Source: Acutalibacteraceae bacterium (GTDB lineage Bacteria > Bacillota > Clostridia > Oscillospirales > Acutalibacteraceae). Taken from it: 46,314 nucleotides of DNA. Position 1 is the first letter of the stretch; every line of letters begins with the position of its first letter. The stretch spans positions 1 to 46,314 of the forward strand of contig JAZNQM010000172.1 of NCBI GenBank assembly GCA_045590175.1, written 5' to 3'. A program made the position numbers and the translations under genes. The notes under the pieces are model-generated. The model ran no database searches. It was not told where the DNA came from and saw nothing but the letters and a program-made list of their open reading frames with translations. Below are positions 9,459 to 18,196 of the stretch, piece after piece.

Positions 9459-10790
9459 TTATTTGTTTCTCAAAGCCTGCTTGGTTGCACGCATAACCTG
9501 AACTATTGGCCTTGCCGAGGGACAGGTGAAGGCACAGCTGCCGCATTCCATACAGTAGTTAGCACCTAACTTTTCTGCTTCGTCCAGGTCATCATTTTTT
9601 AAAGCTGCAGCGATGTGGAAGGGAGCAAGTCCCATAGGGCAAGCTTCGGCACATTTACCGCAACGGATACAGTTTTCAATTTCGGGAAGCTTTGCTTTAC
9701 TTTCGCTAAAGCAAAGGATAGCATTATTCTGCTTAAGAACGGGGATGCCGGTGTCATGTACCGAGAAGCCCATCATAGGTCCGCCAACAATTACCTTCGA
9801 TGCATTTCCTTTAAAGCCACCGCAGAAATCTATAACCTCCTGCAGCTTGGTGCCGATGGTTACAGAAACATTCTGAGGCTTTTCTATGGCATCACCGTCA
9901 ACAGTAAGACGTTTGGTGGTGAGGGGCATACCTGTTTTCAAATATCTGCCGATGGCGGCGATACTTGTGATATTCATAACCACACAACCTATATCGGCGG
10001 GAAGCTTTCCTAAGGGAAGAACTCTGCCTGTGGTGGTATAGATAAGAACCTTTTCAGCACCCTGAGGGTAACGGCTCTTGAGCTTCATAAGACGGACGCG
10101 ATTTTCGGTGTCACGCTTATCTGCGGCGATATCGTAAAGAAGGCTGATGGCATCGGGCTTATTGTCCTCGATTGCAATTATGACCCGCTCGAACTTCATA
10201 ATATCAAGAAGCTTATACACACCTTCAAGAACGTCGTTAGGATTTTCGATACACTCGCGGTAGTCAGCGGTGATATAAGGTTCGCATTCTGCGCCGTTGA
10301 TGATTAAGGTATCCAAAGGCTTATCGGGTTGCTTCACAAGCTTAACGTGGGTCGGGAAGCCTGCACCACCAAGACCTACAAGACCCATATCACGAACGGC
10401 TTTTACAAGCTGTTCCTCGGTTTCTACCAGGGGAGCCTTAAGATTCGGGTCAGGTGTTCCCTGCCCGTCGTTCTCTATCTGGATTGCCTCGCAGGTTACG
10501 CCGTTAGTGAGGGTAGTTGTGGTGATAGCGGAAACCTTGCCCGAAACACCCGAATGTATAGGTGCCGAAACAAACTTATCACTATCGCCGATTTTAGTGC
10601 CTACATAGACGGTATCACCAACCGCAACACAGGGGGTACAGGGAGCACCGATATGCTGCTGCATAGCAACGGTAATAACCTCGGGGGCCGGCATTACAAC
10701 GGTTTCACAGTCAGCCGTGTTTTTACAGTGACGAGGCTTCGCTCCGCCACGGATATTTTTTGCGGGAGACATTATTTCTCGATCTTTCAT
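9459..10790 (-). CDS. rnfC: Rnf complex subunit C
   Basis: It contains GLVGLGGAGFPTHVKL (NADH/FMN site) and two CxxCxxCxxxCP 4Fe-4S motifs. It is the first gene of the operon. Confidence 0.92.
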   Translation of the reverse strand: MKDREIMSPAKNIRGGAKPRHCKNTADCETVVMPAPEVITVAMQQHIGAPCTPCVAVGDTVYVGTKIGDSDKFVSAPIHSGVSGKVSAITTTTLTNGVTCEAIQIENDGQGTPDPNLKAPLVETEEQLVKAVRDMGLVGLGGAGFPTHVKLVKQPDKPLDTLIINGAECEPYITADYRECIENPNDVLEGVYKLLDIMKFERVIIAIEDNKPDAISLLYDIAADKRDTENRVRLMKLKSRYPQGAEKVLIYTTTGRVLPLGKLPADIGCVVMNITSIAAIGRYLKTGMPLTTKRLTVDGDAIEKPQNVSVTIGTKLQEVIDFCGGFKGNASKVIVGGPMMGFSVHDTGIPVLKQNNAILCFSESKAKLPEIENCIRCGKCAEACPMGLAPFHIAAALKNDDLDEAEKLGANYCMECGSCAFTCPSARPIVQVMRATKQALRNK

Positions 10791-10823
10791 ATAAATACTC
10801 CAAATCTAAAATTAATACATCTA

Positions 10824-10853
10824 ATTATAACACAATAAGTCGGTTAATTTCAA
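10824..10853 (-). promoter_or_regulatory. Sigma-A-type promoter for the rnf operon
   Basis: On the minus strand: TTGAAA (10853-10848), an 18-nt spacer, then TGTTATAAT (extended -10, TATAAT at 10829-10824). Confidence 0.45.
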
Positions 10854-10943
10854 CATAATTAGAGCATTTTATTATGTTTATTTTTTAACAAAGTGCATAA
10901 TAAAAAAAGACAAATTTATATACTCTCAAATCATAAAATAATA

Positions 10944-10992
10944 CAAAAAACACAGCCAACATACCATTGCTTCGATAGTATGGGCTGTGTTT
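10944..10992 (-). terminator. Rho-independent terminator after sigE
   Basis: Minus-strand stem AAACACAGCC...GGCTGTGTTT (10992-10983 pairing with 10957-10948) is followed by a T6 run (complement of the A-run at 10945-10950). Confidence 0.75.
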
Positions 10993-11001
10993 AAAACATA
11001 T

Positions 11002-11709
11002 TCACACCATTCTTGTCAGAAAATCCTCCTTGAGATTTCCTATTATTCTCTTTTCTAAACGGGATATATAAGACTGGGATATACCTAAAAGCTCCGCCAC
11101 CTGACTTTGGGTATGCTCGTTGCAACCGTTGAGCCCGAAGCGAAGCTCCATTATTCTTTTTTCTCTCGGTGTAAGTTCATTAACCAAGGATATCAGCAGT
11201 TTGTTTTCCGCCTCCTGCTCCACTCCCCTGCCAATTTCGTCGGCTTCGCTACCCAGCACATCAGAAAGCAATAGCTCGTTACCGTCCCAATCTACGTTGA
11301 GTGGCTCGTCGATGGAGATTTCTCCCTTCAAGGACGAGGTTTTTCTCAAATACATAAGTATCTCGTTCTCGATACATCTCGAGGCGTAGGTGGCAAGCTT
11401 GATATTCTTCTCGGGTCTGAAGGTGTTCACAGCCTTTATAAGACCTATAGTGCCAATGGAAATCAAATCCTCCACCCCTGCACCCACTGCATCGAATTTT
11501 TTAGCTATGTAAACCACCAATCGTAGGTTATGTATTATCAGCTTTTGTCTTATGGCTTCCCCCTCTGTATCCAAACGCGCCAAAAGCTCTGCTTCTTCCT
11601 GCTGGCTGTATGGCGGCGGTAGGGTTTCGGGGCCGTGTATATAATAACATCCCCTCTTTTTATAGAACAGATTTTTGAATTTTGCTAATAGATTAATAAT
11701 AAATCTCAT
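11002..11709 (-). CDS. sigE: sporulation sigma factor SigE (pro-sigma-E)
   Basis: The pro-sequence followed by [74 protein letters not shown] matches sigma-E. It also lies directly downstream of spoIIGA. Confidence 0.9.
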   Translation of the reverse strand: MRFIINLLAKFKNLFYKKRGCYYIHGPETLPPPYSQQEEAELLARLDTEGEAIRQKLIIHNLRLVVYIAKKFDAVGAGVEDLISIGTIGLIKAVNTFRPEKNIKLATYASRCIENEILMYLRKTSSLKGEISIDEPLNVDWDGNELLLSDVLGSEADEIGRGVEQEAENKLLISLVNELTPREKRIMELRFGLNGCNEHTQSQVAELLGISQSYISRLEKRIIGNLKEDFLTRMV

Positions 11710-11727
11710 ATCAATACCCCTTCATAT

Positions 11728-12552
11728 TTATATTGCACAGGAACCCAACACACCTTCATATTCCCCTAAAGACTCAGGACTGACCGCGATGTAGACATCC
11801 AGGGCTTCCCTGCCGCCCTCGCATAAATACACCGCCTTGGGTCGAACTCCGAAAATCACTCCCTCTCCCGAAACGGTCTTATAGGGAATTACCCGTTTTT
11901 TAGCGTCGTATTCCTTTAAAAGAAATTCATATCTCGGGTCTAAAAGCAACACCGGTTTTTCGGAGAAAGGTTCTCTCAGACTATTTCCCGAGTCTATCAA
12001 CACTGTTAACTTTACAAAGGAATTTTTCGTCAGAACCTCAACTTGCCGTAGCGGAGCATCGCCCCTTTTCACAAACCTGCTGATAAGAGATATGATAAGA
12101 TATGAAAGCACCCCCGACAGAACAAGAAAAATGGTGGAAATATTATAATACACAATGCCGTTTTGCATAAAAAGGCCTTTGGGTTTGAGAAAGAACCACA
12201 CACCAAACATTACGCCCGAAAACAAAAAAGAAACAATGTAGAAACAGGCAATCTTACGTAGAAACTGAGTAAGCTTTCCTATGCCGTAAGTGACTGTTAC
12301 CACAAGAACGGCAGTGACTAATCTTACAAAAAAAGACCCCAACACATTATGTATCGGCAGCATTATAGAAAGCGACGTAATGCCGCCTGTCAAAGCACCC
12401 AAAATCTGTCGCCACAAGCGGCAGTAGGTCTTCAACAGCTTTGATGTAAGAGAAATCAACAGATAGTCTATTATAAGATTTATCGATATCAGCACATCAA
12501 CGTAAATAGTTATTGCAATCACCACCCTATTACATTCTACCACTAAGAGCAT
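11728..12552 (-). CDS. spoIIGA: sigma-E processing peptidase SpoIIGA
   Basis: It has five or so N-terminal TM helices and the catalytic LIDSGNSL aspartyl-protease motif, and sits upstream of sigE. The true start may be a GTG at 12525 or 12522 (VVIAITIYVDV...). Confidence 0.85.
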   Translation of the reverse strand: MLLVVECNRVVIAITIYVDVLISINLIIDYLLISLTSKLLKTYCRLWRQILGALTGGITSLSIMLPIHNVLGSFFVRLVTAVLVVTVTYGIGKLTQFLRKIACFYIVSFLFSGVMFGVWFFLKPKGLFMQNGIVYYNISTIFLVLSGVLSYLIISLISRFVKRGDAPLRQVEVLTKNSFVKLTVLIDSGNSLREPFSEKPVLLLDPRYEFLLKEYDAKKRVIPYKTVSGEGVIFGVRPKAVYLCEGGREALDVYIAVSPESLGEYEGVLGSCAI

Positions 12553-12560
12553 AAAAAAGC

Positions 12561-12590
12561 CGACGAATCCTGGTTGAATATATTGTCGAA
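12561..12590 (-). promoter_or_regulatory. Two Spo0A-box-like heptamers upstream of spoIIGA
   Basis: TGTCGAA at 12584-12590 is an exact TGNCGAA match and CGACGAA at 12561-12567 matches 6 of 7 positions. They are 23 bp apart, between the PBP terminator and spoIIGA. Confidence 0.35.
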
Positions 12591-12608
12591 ACTGACATTA
12601 ATTAGTGC

Positions 12609-12656
12609 AAAAAAACTGCTTGAACCTCACCCTGCAAATGGGTGACATTCAAGCAG
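12609..12656 (-). terminator. Rho-independent terminator after the PBP gene
   Basis: Minus strand: CTGCTTGAA..TCACCC..GGGTGA..TTCAAGCAG forms a composite stem (12656-12616), followed by T7 (complement of the A-run at 12609-12615). Confidence 0.8.
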
Positions 12657-12690
12657 CTGTTATATAATATTTCTGATTGACAGTAAAGAC

Positions 12691-15189
12691 TTATTCATCC
12701 TGCTCCTCAGAGGTCTCCTCATCGGTTGAATCCTCGGTGTCGGAGGCATCTTCCTCCACATCCTCGGCTTCTGTATCCTCTACATCTTCCTCGGTTTCTT
12801 CCTTACTGTCTTTGTCCTTTTCGTCCTTGTCTTTCTTATCCTTTTTGGACTTTTTACAGTCGCATTTATCGGGTATATTGTCGGATCTGTACCAGCCTGT
12901 GGAGGTTTTCTTGCAGGCAGAGGTTGCTATAAGTCCTGTTTTGGTACAAAACTTCATCTTTTCGGCATACTCGCTGTCCTCAAATTCCTTTTCGGACAGG
13001 TCTTCATGGATTTCTTCCATTACATCATGCCATATATTAAGAGCAGAAGCACTTACGCCTGCACCGTACATACCGTCAGGAGAATATTTAGCGGGCTCGT
13101 CAAAGCCATACCAACAAGCGGCTACGTAGTGGGGTGTTCCACCTGCAAACCATAAATCCTGAGAGTCTGTGGTAGTACCTGTTTTAGCATAGACGTCAAA
13201 GTCGCCAATCTGTGCACCGTTACCGGTACCTTTTTTAACAACCTGTCTGAGCAAATGGTTCATTACAGTTGCCGTGTCTTCACTTATTGCCGCCACAGGC
13301 TTATCCTTGGTGGCATCGTGAACAACGTTGTCAAACTGGTCATATATTATGGTATAGGTTTTGGGCTGATAGTAATAACCAAGGTTACCGAATACAGAAT
13401 AGGCTGCCGCCATTTCGATACTTGTGGCACCTCTGGCACAACCACCCAAGCAGAGGGAGGAGAAGTTTTTATCGTCGTCTCCAAAATGCTTAAAGCCAAG
13501 CTTGGTAGTTAAAAAGTCGTAGCTGATTTCGATGCCGTTGTTTGGCTTTGAATAGTTATCCTCTCCGTTACCGATAAGATTTCTTAAAACGTGAACCGGC
13601 GAACAGTTTACAGAGTGGTAAATTGCATATTCTACCGAGCATTTTCCTGTATATGAAAAATCGTAGTTATTCGGCCATTTACCGCCCTCAATAGAAGGGT
13701 CAGACCAACGCATCTGATAGTCGTCAATCATAGATGAATAGGTGATTTCATTGTATTCCATTGCAAGAGAATACACGCCAATAGGCTTCATACAGGAACC
13801 AATCTGTCGAGGCAGAGCCGCACGGTTGATGGTACGAGCCCCCTTCTTTTCACCCTTGCCGCCTACGATACCGACGATGTGTCCTTCGTAGTCCATAACC
13901 GTCATAGCGGACTGAGGTGTGGTTTCGCCGTCTACGGTGCTGACAGGGGCATCAAAATAGGATTCGTCCTGATAGACCTTATCCAATGCTTTTTGAACGT
14001 CCAGGTCGATGGTGGAATAGATCTTATATCCGCCGTTATAAACCTCTTCAGCTGCTGAATCCGGGTCGTAGCCCTTTTCCTCAACCAACATATCAATAAC
14101 ATCTTCTATGAGGGTATCAGTGAAATAGGAGTTGTTGTTATCTTCTATGTTAAGTACAGATTGATCGGCGGTTACCTTCAACTTGCTGTTAATTGCCTTT
14201 TCGTATTGCTCTTCGGTTATGAATTTCTGATCCAACATTTCCCAAAGAATAAGATCTCGACGCTCAAGGTGAGCTTCCTCATTAGCTTCGAGGTCAGGTC
14301 GGTAGTTTTCGGGTTCGTTGGTGATAGAAGCCAAGGAGGCACACTCCGCGATTGTGAGTTCATCTGCCGATTTGCCGAAATAGTAGTTAGCAGCAACCTC
14401 GACACCGTAGATACCTGTGCCCATAGGGATGGTGTTAAGATACCATTCGAGGATAGAATCCTTGGAATAGTTATCCTCCAAATAACGTGCACGCATTATT
14501 TCACGAACCTTACGCATTGCACTGAGGTCATTATCCATTGTAATATTCTTAACCAACTGCTGGGTTATGGTAGAACCACCCTGCCTGCCGCCATAGATAT
14601 TAACGAACGAGTTAATAAATGCCGAAACAGTACGCTTCCAGTCAACTCCTGCGTGGGTTCTGAAACGCTTATCTTCAATAGCAATAAAGGCATTTTCTAA
14701 GTTGTCGGATATATCTTCGCCTGCAACCCATATACGATTATAATTTCCGCGGAGACGATCGTACACTTCGTATTTGCCCTTTGAGTTTTTAGCATAGATG
14801 GTGGTGGTAAATTCAAGGGTGCTGTTAAGGTCGTATTCGGTCATATCGAAGGAGCCTTTGGCTTCTTCGGAAGAAAGCCAGGCTACCACACCTGCAATAC
14901 CAACGCCGCAGACTATAACACCTATGAGAACAAGGGACAAAACAACCCTGACTAAACCTCTGAAAAAGGCTGAACCACGAGATTGCTTACGTTCCTTTTT
15001 TAGCTTAGTTTTTTTGATTTTGTGGCTTTTTTTATCGGGCTCATTCTCTAAGAAACTACTAAGACTGATGCCTTCCTGTTGAGACTCGCCGGTGTATAAA
15101 TTTACATCGTCCTGGTTTTTCTCTCTTCCTGAGGAAATATCTTCAAATTCCTCAAAACTGTCTTTGTTATTAAAATTATCGTTACCCAT
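12691..15189 (-). CDS. class A penicillin-binding protein (glycosyltransferase GT51 plus transpeptidase)
   Basis: GT51 motifs EDKRFRTHAGVD, GGSTITQQLVKN and RKVREIM are present. The transpeptidase motifs are SCMKP (SxxK) and KTGTT. There is an N-terminal cytoplasmic tail and TM helix, and a C-terminal Lys-rich then Asp/Glu-rich low-complexity tail. Confidence 0.92.
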   Translation of the reverse strand: MGNDNFNNKDSFEEFEDISSGREKNQDDVNLYTGESQQEGISLSSFLENEPDKKSHKIKKTKLKKERKQSRGSAFFRGLVRVVLSLVLIGVIVCGVGIAGVVAWLSSEEAKGSFDMTEYDLNSTLEFTTTIYAKNSKGKYEVYDRLRGNYNRIWVAGEDISDNLENAFIAIEDKRFRTHAGVDWKRTVSAFINSFVNIYGGRQGGSTITQQLVKNITMDNDLSAMRKVREIMRARYLEDNYSKDSILEWYLNTIPMGTGIYGVEVAANYYFGKSADELTIAECASLASITNEPENYRPDLEANEEAHLERRDLILWEMLDQKFITEEQYEKAINSKLKVTADQSVLNIEDNNNSYFTDTLIEDVIDMLVEEKGYDPDSAAEEVYNGGYKIYSTIDLDVQKALDKVYQDESYFDAPVSTVDGETTPQSAMTVMDYEGHIVGIVGGKGEKKGARTINRAALPRQIGSCMKPIGVYSLAMEYNEITYSSMIDDYQMRWSDPSIEGGKWPNNYDFSYTGKCSVEYAIYHSVNCSPVHVLRNLIGNGEDNYSKPNNGIEISYDFLTTKLGFKHFGDDDKNFSSLCLGGCARGATSIEMAAAYSVFGNLGYYYQPKTYTIIYDQFDNVVHDATKDKPVAAISEDTATVMNHLLRQVVKKGTGNGAQIGDFDVYAKTGTTTDSQDLWFAGGTPHYVAACWYGFDEPAKYSPDGMYGAGVSASALNIWHDVMEEIHEDLSEKEFEDSEYAEKMKFCTKTGLIATSACKKTSTGWYRSDNIPDKCDCKKSKKDKKDKDEKDKDSKEETEEDVEDTEAEDVEEDASDTEDSTDEETSEEQDE

Positions 15190-15399
15190 TCAGAACACCT
15201 CCGTTAGAGAAATGGGTCATCTGTAGCTATACATATTAATTATACCACAAACACAAAGAAAAGTAACTGTTTTTTTGCATTTTTTCCATTTTTATTTATA
15301 TTCGGTATATTTTGTAGCTTTAAAGGGCAAATTTATAGAAAGATAAACAAAAACTTTCGATTTGTTACTACTATACATTTTAAGAATGGTGATGAATTT

Positions 15400-15723
15400 A
15401 TGAAAAAACTATTTTTAATTTCTGCCGCTGCTGTCACTCTTTTAGCAGTTGTGTTTTCCGCCACCATATCAGCAGATAAAACCGAAACGGATATCGGAAC
15501 ATCAGTTACAAGCTCTGCTGATACCAGAGAAATTCTTTACATTATGAAAACCCACAAGGGCGAAATCGGAGTGTTTAAACCTGATGAGTCAGAACCGCTA
15601 TACACCCTGGAAAGTGTGCATATCAAAAGTCTGCCGCAGTACGACCAGAGCCTTCTGAATACAGGTATTAAAATTTACAGCGAGAGGGAGCTTCAATCCC
15701 TTATTGAAGATTACGACAGTTGA
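15400..15723 (+). CDS. small secreted protein, BofC C-terminal-domain-like
   Basis: It has a signal peptide (MKKLFLISAAAVTLLAVVFSA). The segment HKGEIGVFKPDESEPLYTLES...LLNTGIKIYSERELQSLIEDYDS resembles the B. subtilis BofC C-terminal pattern (GVISTFHG..EPI..LLKGI...EFEDVIEH). Confidence 0.5.
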   Translation: MKKLFLISAAAVTLLAVVFSATISADKTETDIGTSVTSSADTREILYIMKTHKGEIGVFKPDESEPLYTLESVHIKSLPQYDQSLLNTGIKIYSERELQSLIEDYDS

Positions 15724-16889
15724 TTTATATAGTCAACCGCAGCATTGAGAACCTTATCATTATCGGAATTTATAAAATAAAACTCGTGAGAATTTCTGAA
15801 GCCTGTATCAACTTCTATATCGGGTAAAATACCGATTCCGTTATAGCTACTGCCGTCGCCCTGCACAAATTCGCCGATAGTGAATTTCACCTTGCTGCCA
15901 TCCTTTAGAGTGTAGGTTCGTTGAATAAGGGCTTTTCCATAAGTCTTTTCTCCGATTATTGTAGCCCTTTTCTGATGACGCATAGCACTTACAAAAATCT
16001 CAGAAGAGCTTGCGGTTTGTCCGTCGGTGAGTATAACAAAGGGAAGCTCCACCGAATCCTTATCGGATTTGTTTCTGACCCTCACTTTGCCATCTTTAAG
16101 CTTGATATTGACTGTATTGCATTCGGGCAAAAGGTGGTCTAAAATTTTAGCGGCAGTATCAACGGTACCGCCTGTGTTGTGCCTTAAATCAAAGATTATC
16201 GCTTTAATCTTTTCTTTAAGCAAAAGATCCATTTCAGCTTTGAATTGGGGATAGGTTTTTTTGTTAAAATCAATGATTTGCACTACTCCGATTGTACCGT
16301 TATCAACTGTGTAGGAATAAACGCTTTGTATGTCGGTATCATCGGTTTTAAGAGATATTGAACTGTTTTTTCCTTCGCGATTTATAACGAGTTCAATGCG
16401 TTTTCCCTTTGTTCCCTTGATACCGTTAACTGCTTTGCTGAATCCGATTTCAGTTACCTTTTCACCGTTTACATAGGTTATATGATCCCCTGCTTTTATG
16501 CCTGCAAGATAGGCAGGGCTGTCGCGATAAACCTTATAGACATAAATATCTCTTTGATAGCTTTCCACCGCCATAATGCCTATGCCGTGGGTGTCACCAT
16601 TAATGGCATCGGTTTGTTGTGATGAAGTATCCAAATTATAATATGTAGCATATTTATCCCCTAATCCATCAACATAGCCCGACAGCATACCGTCAGTCAG
16701 TGCTTCAGAATCCAATGGGAAATAATATTCTTTATTTATCAGATTGCTTATTTCTGTAATTTTACTTGCCATCTCCAGGGTTACACCGTTTGTGTTGTTC
16801 CTGAAGACCCACAGAGTTATAACCGAAACCGAAACAGTAAAAGTCAACAGCAACGAAATAAAGGCTTTAAGGGGTAAATGTATTTTCAT
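15711..16889 (-). CDS. S41 family carboxyl-terminal processing protease (Ctp)
   Basis: It has a PDZ segment (VYRDSPAYLAGIKAGDHITYVNGEKV) and the S41 catalytic region IIFDLRHNTGGTVD...LTDGQTASSSEIF...GEKTYGK. Confidence 0.88.
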   Translation of the reverse strand: MKIHLPLKAFISLLLTFTVSVSVITLWVFRNNTNGVTLEMASKITEISNLINKEYYFPLDSEALTDGMLSGYVDGLGDKYATYYNLDTSSQQTDAINGDTHGIGIMAVESYQRDIYVYKVYRDSPAYLAGIKAGDHITYVNGEKVTEIGFSKAVNGIKGTKGKRIELVINREGKNSSISLKTDDTDIQSVYSYTVDNGTIGVVQIIDFNKKTYPQFKAEMDLLLKEKIKAIIFDLRHNTGGTVDTAAKILDHLLPECNTVNIKLKDGKVRVRNKSDKDSVELPFVILTDGQTASSSEIFVSAMRHQKRATIIGEKTYGKALIQRTYTLKDGSKVKFTIGEFVQGDGSSYNGIGILPDIEVDTGFRNSHEFYFINSDNDKVLNAAVDYINQLS

Positions 16890-16923
16890 TTATTCCAACC
16901 CTCTTTCCTAAAATAACAAAATA

Positions 16924-16964
16924 AAAGACTGCGGAATAAAATAATTATTTCTGCCGCAGTCTTT
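16924..16964 (-). terminator. Terminator or attenuator hairpin between the M23 peptidase and ctp
   Basis: AAAGACTGCGG (16924-16934) pairs with CCGCAGTCTTT (16954-16964). On the minus strand it is followed by a T-rich tail. Confidence 0.6.
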
Positions 16965-16972
16965 GTATTCAA

Positions 16973-18196
16973 TTAATAACTGACATAGCCGAAGGGGTTA
17001 ACAGGGGTGTTGTTTGTGCGAACCTCAAAGTGCAGGTGATATCCTGTTGAAGCACCCGTTGTGCCTACATAACCGATAACATCGCCCTGATTTACTGTCT
17101 GTCCCACAGAAACAGCACAGGACATAAGGTGAGCATAGTGAGTTGTTACGAGGCTTCCGTTAACATCGCCGTGGCTCAAAACAACATAATTTCCGTAGCC
17201 ACCGTTGTTAAACTCCGACATAATCACAGTGCCGTTTGCTGAAGCTACTACAGGCTTACCTGCGATACCACCACCCGAAACGTCGATGCCATTATGTCCG
17301 CGATAGTATTGATAGTAAGGGTCATAACGCATACCGAATGGAGAGGTCAATGTAGTATATCCGGGAATTGGCCAAGCAAAACCTTTACCATCGTATTTAA
17401 CAGCATTACCTGCTAATGCTTGCTGACGTGCAGCTTCATAAGCCGCATCTACTCTGGCTTCGAGTTCCTTTTTAGCTGACTCTGCCGCGGCAAGCTCAGA
17501 TTTTAATTGTTTTTGAGATTTTACAATATCATTTTTTATGCCTTGTGCTTCACTTTGCTTACTCTGAAGATCGGCACGTTCGCCGGCTAACTGCTGCTTT
17601 ATAGCTTCCTGCTCGTCAATAGCATCGTTTTTCTTATCAATTTTCTTGTTTATAGATTTCATAACAAGATTGATTTTCTTCATAAGAGCGTTGTCGTAGT
17701 TAGCAAGGCTCTCTGAAACCTGAGCGGTGGAAAGATAATCGGCAAACTGGTCAGCACCCAGCAGCACTAAAAGATTATTACTGCTGCCGCCTGCCATATA
17801 TATGGAGCGGATGCGTCTCTTGAACAGCTCCTTGTTCTCTTCCAATTCCTCTTCCTTTTCACCAATCTCACCGTTGAGCTCATCGATTTCAGCAGCATAA
17901 GAAGCAAGCAGATTTTCGCTTGTCATAATCTTACTTTCAACGGTAGAAATATAAGAATTAATTGTATCCAAATATTCCTCTTGTTCTTTAATATCTCCCT
18001 CGAGGGAATCTATTTTATCCTGAAGTCCATCCATTTTGGAATCTAATTGGTTGATTTCATTCTGCATTTCACTTATTGAAGCCGCACGAACGTCTATATC
18101 AACCTTGAGATTTCCAAAGCTACCCAAACTCAATACCGCAATTATCAGAAAACATACTGCCTTTTTGGCTGCCTTACGATAATGCACTAAATTCAC
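16973..18196 (-). CDS. M23 (LytM-type) peptidase with long N-terminal coiled coil, EnvC/PcsB-like FtsEX partner
   Basis: About 250 aa of heptad-rich coiled coil precede the M23 motifs HNGIDV (HxxxD) and GYHLHFEV (HxH). The start is GTG and overlaps the ftsX stop. Confidence 0.85.
   Translation of the reverse strand: MNLVHYRKAAKKAVCFLIIAVLSLGSFGNLKVDIDVRAASISEMQNEINQLDSKMDGLQDKIDSLEGDIKEQEEYLDTINSYISTVESKIMTSENLLASYAAEIDELNGEIGEKEEELEENKELFKRRIRSIYMAGGSSNNLLVLLGADQFADYLSTAQVSESLANYDNALMKKINLVMKSINKKIDKKNDAIDEQEAIKQQLAGERADLQSKQSEAQGIKNDIVKSQKQLKSELAAAESAKKELEARVDAAYEAARQQALAGNAVKYDGKGFAWPIPGYTTLTSPFGMRYDPYYQYYRGHNGIDVSGGGIAGKPVVASANGTVIMSEFNNGGYGNYVVLSHGDVNGSLVTTHYAHLMSCAVSVGQTVNQGDVIGYVGTTGASTGYHLHFEVRTNNTPVNPFGYVSY

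Noticed and set aside
12677-13129. A Ser-rich 150-aa plus-strand ORF.
   Set aside because: It is the reverse complement of the Asp/Glu-rich tail of the PBP (GAx codons read as xTC Ser/Leu), so it is an artefact of low-complexity coding.
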